In this document: positions 58,887 to 64,000 of the stretch, piece after piece
How positions within the stretch are numbered: position 1 is the first letter of the stretch
Layout of the letters: every line of letters begins with the position of its first letter
Assembly: GCA_036867785.1 (NCBI GenBank)
Contig: CP145420.1
Location: 868,001 to 932,000, forward strand
Source: Plasmodiophora brassicae
Taxonomy: Eukaryota
Length of the DNA stretch: 64,000 bases
Reading direction: 5' to 3'
Position numbers and translations under genes: made by a program
Notes under the pieces: generated by a model
Database searches by the model: none
What the model saw: the letters and a program-made list of their open reading frames with translations, nothing else
What the model was told of the DNA's origin: nothing

Positions 58887-61103
58887 ATGGCGACCGCGAT
58901 CGACGAGGACGAGGTGTGTGTGTGTGATGGGGTCGGGCGCGGGTCGTCGCGCACGGGCTGATGGGCGTGAGTGCAGATCCGGAGTCTGATGGCGGCGGGG
59001 CGTGGCGGTGACGGCGGCGACGAGGGCGCCGTCGCAGTACCCGGGTCGATTATGCGGGACCTGCACAGCATTGCCATTCTGGTCCTATTGTGTACATCGT
59101 CGCGCGTGCGCGTGTTCCCCATGCCCGACGGCTTAGCGTCCGACGGCTAGATACGATTCAGGGCGTCCCGCTGGGCCTGACGTTCGGCAGCGTGCCCTTC
59201 ATGCTTCAGTCGTCGAGTTCGTATACGGACATTGGCGTCTTCAGCTTTGCTTCGTACCCGTACAGCCTGAAGCTGCTGTGGTCGCCGGTCGTCGACTCGG
59301 TGTTTGCTCCAGATAAGTCGCCCCCGTCTCTGTCGTCCCCCGTTCGTGCCAGGGCTGACAGTGGCGCGCGCCTTACGCATGGGAAGGCGGAAATCGTGGA
59401 TCGTCCCGATCCAGATCGCCGTTGGCATCCTTCTCGTTGCATTCTGCGACGTGTCAGTACCGCCGTCACTGGAGGGGTCGTTTGACAACGCGTGCTGAAC
59501 GCTGCAACAGGATTGAGGGGTACGTTAACGTTGCCGGAGGGGCAGAGCACGAGCGCAACATCAGGATCCTCACGCTGATGTTCTTCGTCGTCATCCTGCT
59601 TGTGGCCACGCAGGACATCGCAGTCGACGGTACGTCACCCGCCCTGGTCCAGTACGTCTCCGTTGACACATGCCGATCGCAGGATGGGCACTGACGATGC
59701 TGAGCGAGGGGAACAGAGGGCTGGCCTCTACGTGCCAATCCATCGGCCAGAATATCGGCTTCTTCATGAGCTATACGATGTTCCTCGCCCTCAGCTCGCC
59801 CTCGTTCTGCAATAGGTGGCTTCGTACGGAACCACGTCGGTCGCACATGTTTCTTTTGAAATTGGATCCACTGTGGAACCTGAACTGACAAACCTCGCTG
59901 CAGTGGCTGTCGGGATGACATCGCTGTCCTCCTACATGCATTTGTGGTATCTGATGTGCCTGCCGGAGCCAGCGTGCGCCCAATGCCAATGACTGCCTTT
60001 GGCAGGGGATGGATCATGGTCATATCCACAGTCTTGATTTGGGCGTTCAAATCCGAGGCCGACGATTCAGTGAAGCGGTCGCTGACCGGCGTCTACTACG
60101 ACATTTGGAATGTGATCCAGCTGCCTGCGATGCGGTCGCTTCTCGTGGTCCTGCTCACGGCTAAGCTTGCCTTCAGGTATACGCCAGGGCTCACATGTAT
60201 GCGGAGGTCTAAGTTCTGTGCGAACCGCAGCGCCGCCGACAACGTCACTGTCCTAAAGCTCGTCGAGAAGGTCGCTTCGATGTTGCTGTCGTATTGACGA
60301 TGCTGACCGCGTATGATCCGCAGGGGTTCCCTCGGGAAACGATGGCATTCATGGTGTTTCTATCGTTCCCGTTCGACATTCTGCTTCCCATCCTGATCAG
60401 CAAGTGGGCGCGAGCTGAAGGCAATGCCCCGTTGCGCGCGTTCGTATTTGCATACCCGTTGCGGATCGTACTGACCGTGGTCGGTGCTGCGTTGGTTTAC
60501 GTCTTCCCAGTACGTCCTCGCGCGTGCATTCCCCACCCAATCCCAACCATCCCGATAACGTTTGCGAGAACAGACGGATCCCAGCGAGCACACAACGATC
60601 TTCTACATTTGCGCATTCGTCGTCCAGGTTTGCTGTCACGCCCGCTCACGCATGTGTAGGACGACCCCCTGATCGCACGAACGGAACAGGTGTCCTACTC
60701 GTTTACGTCGAATGCAATGTTTGTCGCGTTATGCACGTTCTTTGCAGAAATCGCCGACGCCTCAATAGGGTACGTGTGCTGACGTTCAGCAACGCAGCCG
60801 TAACTCAGTGTGCGCAGGGGAACCTATATGACTCTCCTGAACACGATAACGAACTTGGGCGGCACGTGGCCCAAGTTCTTCGTGTTGGCCTGTGTCGACT
60901 GGTTCACAGTGAGGTCGTGCGACGACCCGGCCGGTACCGACGGATCCGGGCAGTGCCCAGCGCAGCTAGATGGGTACTACGTCGTCTGTGGCCTGTGCGC
61001 CGCCTACGGGATCGTGTGGTGGCTGCTGATGAGATCCCGGATTATGGCAATCCAGTCCATGGACAAAACGGTCTGGCGCGTCCAGGCCGTCAAACATGAG
61101 TAA
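58887..61103 (+). CDS. SLC33A1: Acetyl-CoA transporter 1 (SLC33A1/AmpG-like MFS)
   Basis: LYTIQGVPLGL, YPYSLKLLWSPVVDS, GRRKSWIVPIQ, ATQDIAVDGWALTML and GTYMTLLNTITNLGGTWP. Confidence 0.93.
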
Positions 61104-61243
61104 TGTACGATATCGATCAAGTCAACGGGCGTCGTCCGCGATACACAGCATTCCTGTACGCATGACGTCGTCCGGCGTCGTTTCACGGCTGCTCGGGCTG
61201 TGAACCCTGCGTGCGGCGTCAGACGCAAGCAGCGCGTTGCACT

Positions 61244-62609
61244 TCACGCCCGCGGGTTTACCTGGCGTTCTTCGCTCTGCGATCGTTCGAATGCTTGGTA
61301 GGGTCCACCGTCCGCTGGCACATTGTCGACGACGGGGTTGCTGTTGTTCGCGTTCTTCGGTGTTCCCGTTCCCAAACGATGCCCTCCGGTTCGGTTCTGG
61401 GCAGGGCATGTGAGTTGTGCATCGAACCACCGTGGCATTATGGGCGAACCTGCCAGGCCGACCGCCGCTGCGACAATGCCGTCGTCGTGAACCTGCCCAA
61501 GGTACCCCAGTCAGAACGTACGAACGGTCGACGGCGTTGGCCATGCATTACAGGGCAACAGGGGATGGTGGCAATGGCGAACGTTCCGGGCACCGCACGT
61601 AGAACGGCTTGTCCGCAAGGAGCGACAGCACGTTCGATTCGAACGAGCGAATCCACGATCGCTTCAGGGTGAGGAAGTTGACGAAGCCGTAGGAATCTGT
61701 ACACGCGCGCCATGTTACAGCCGCGAACAGACAGGCGCCACAAGGCGTACAGATAAACCCGGCGATGATCCCGCACAGGTGCCCCATGATGGAGGCGTTC
61801 CAGAAGACGAGGGATGCGACCAGGACGCTGACCCATGGGTACGCCCAGTTCGGGACGTGGAAACCAAACAGGCTGCGCGTGACGCCTGGCGTCACCTTGT
61901 CCTCGACAATGATCATCGAGAAGAGGACACTGATGGCAGCGTTCATCGCAATCGCCCCAACGGCCACGCTTCGCATAGCTCACCCTGACAGCCCAACAGC
62001 ACATTCGGCGGCGATCCACTGGAGTCTCACCGACGTCGTTAACGAAGCCAGGTACGCGATCAGGCTGTTTACGATGACGGCGACAGACCCGAGCAGGAAC
62101 ACAAGACCTTGTTATGCATACAGGGTCGGTCAGGTCGCAATGAGGATACCAGTCGCCCCGGCCGCTACCGATAAAGCAGAGTGTCCCAAAGCGCGGTTCG
62201 AGAACGCGGCCAAAGTAGAGCAGGCCGAGCATGTTGAACAGGATGTGCAGAATGCCGGCATGGAGGAAGTCGCCCCAGAACAACATGTACCAGTCTGCGG
62301 GTCGGGTCAGTTGTCGACGGGGGGACAGAACGTGGACCGCAGGGGCGGACTCGTGACAGGATCGCTGATGAATTGCAGCGGGCACGTTGGCAGGAACAGG
62401 TACCATGCCGCCCCAACGTTGACGTTGATGAAGACGATCACTTCCACTGCAGCGATAAGCAAGGTCCCCGCTGGCGGCAGCTGTCGTAACGCGGACGGCG
62501 ACGACGCCATCTCGTCCTTGACCCGACCCTCCCCACGAGGGCCGTCGGTCACAGAATCTGGGCGTACCTCCCGGATCTCACCTCGAGGGGCACGCATGTC
62601 GAAGCTCAT
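61244..62609 (-). CDS. Rhomboid intramembrane serine protease (RHBDD1/RBL14-like)
   Basis: HAGILHILFNM, LEPRFG, CAVGLSGVLF (GxSG), YPW and SIMGHLCGI; 3' end approximate. Confidence 0.88.
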
Positions 62610-62757
62610 GTGTGGGTGTATACATTCTACGTACAGTGGGATAAAATAATGAGGAATAGTTCGGAACAGACGGCGTCGTCATCGTTTCAACAGCGACTGG
62701 ACTCTGGCGATAAACGAGGCCTGATCGCGCTCGAAACGCTTACGAGCGTCGCCGGGG

Positions 62758-64000
62758 CTAAACCGGCCATCCGGCCGTGGTCGCTTGACAGGAGGCGGCT
62801 GGATAGAACGTCAGGACGGGGCAGAGCGTGCGCGACGAACGGATTACCGATCGGATGATGGCATGTGTAAACGCGAGCAGGGACGACAGTGCCGGTAGCG
62901 GCGTCGTACGATAGCATTCGATTTCCGCCAGGCCTGCAGACAGCAACGACGTGATGGCCAGTTCGCAGGCCGACTCAACGTCAGACGTGGTCGGTAACGC
63001 AGACACGATGTCCCGTCCCTTCTGCAGGGAGCCAGCGGGCGTTAATGACGGAACAGGCGCTGCCCATACAGGAGGCCATCGAACGTGCTCGGAAAACGCA
63101 CGGTTGAGCCAGGTGACGACGAATTCCCAGCTTCTCTGCGAATCAATGCGAGAGCGATCGCTGCCTCGCAATGCAGACAGGAGCAATCGCAATGGGGCAA
63201 TAACTGAATGGCGTTGACGTTGCGGCTGAGAGGAGATCAGGGAAGCTTGCCACGCAATACAGTCAGCAAGTTCACTGAGAGACGAGACAACCTTGGCAAG
63301 ACGGCCAAAGTGGCGAACGTCAGGAACGGACCCCACGATAACGGTTGGAATTGCCAGATCATCGCCGCCGATGGATGACAACAGTGAACGGTGGCGTGCA
63401 CGATCACCGTCAGATGAGGGCGACTGAACGAACAGCACGCCCTGGACGCTGGGAACGATTTCACCGCACGTCGATGGAGTGATCAGCACGTGAAGCTTGC
63501 CCTCCTGTAGGAGAATGTCAGAGAGGACGACGACCGCAGCGCACTGGAATACCTCGATCCTGATCCGTTCCTGCTTCTGAAGCTGCAGGAAGGCAAGTGC
63601 ATCTCGACCCAAATCATCTTTGACATGTTCGGGTACGGATACAACGAGATGGAAATAGAACTCGTCATTGTTTCCACGAGCGCTCGCGATGGTGGATGCC
63701 AACGCGTCGTATTGGATAGCGCCAGGGCTTCTAACGATGTTCATACCCTCGATACCGTCAACGACGCCATTCAGGTTAGGAACGCTCACAGGCGCAGGTC
63801 TGATGCGACGAGCAAATAATCAGCATTGGCAGAAGCCGGAATCGTCAATATCGGCAACATACGTTTGGTTCAGCAAGCGCACAAACCTGTCACGGTTCTT
63901 ACGTTCGCGTCGAGCATTCAACGATGCGGTTCGCCAGGTTCCAAACGCCTTATGGAGAACAAAGAGGTCTGCTTTGGCGTTGTCCCGTCGTACCCGCCAG
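62758..64000 (-). CDS. 3' part of a large hypothetical protein running off the window (possibly SAC3/GANP-family C-terminal region)
   Basis: 343-aa open frame plus an upstream exon with W/R-rich helices (HKAFGTWRTASLNARRERK). The family guess is weak. Confidence 0.45.

Overview
Gene-dense, GC-rich eukaryotic DNA with about 35-40 genes, very short GT-AG introns (roughly 50-65 nt) and tiny intergenic spacers. This style suggests a compact protist genome such as a plasmodiophorid (Plasmodiophora-like); that is an inference, not a database result. Recognisable housekeeping genes are AP-4 mu, APC5, PRP19, GAR1, CBP80, mitochondrial phosphate carrier, CCDC47, PTH2, ataxin-10, SLC33A1, a rhomboid and a dynactin p150-like gene. 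Three regions stand out. (1) At about 6.9-11.7 kb a nested transposon ruin contains a frameshifted hAT transposase carrying a Tourist/PIF-type MITE, with its right end flipped and partly duplicated, next to a second scrambled repeat-derived coding fragment. (2) At 14.3-20.6 kb a tandem array holds four intact genes and one pseudogene for a divergent 7-transmembrane, GPCR-like family. (3) At 26.9-29.3 kb a PARP3-like gene sits tail-to-tail with a catalytic-less WGR-WWE protein. Several prokaryote- or plastid-type families (At5g03900-like, DM13, TspO-like, YjjX, 4HBT thioesterase, PrsW) are also present. Multi-exon CDS coordinates are outer bounds from manual splicing, and all family calls come from motif recognition without searches.
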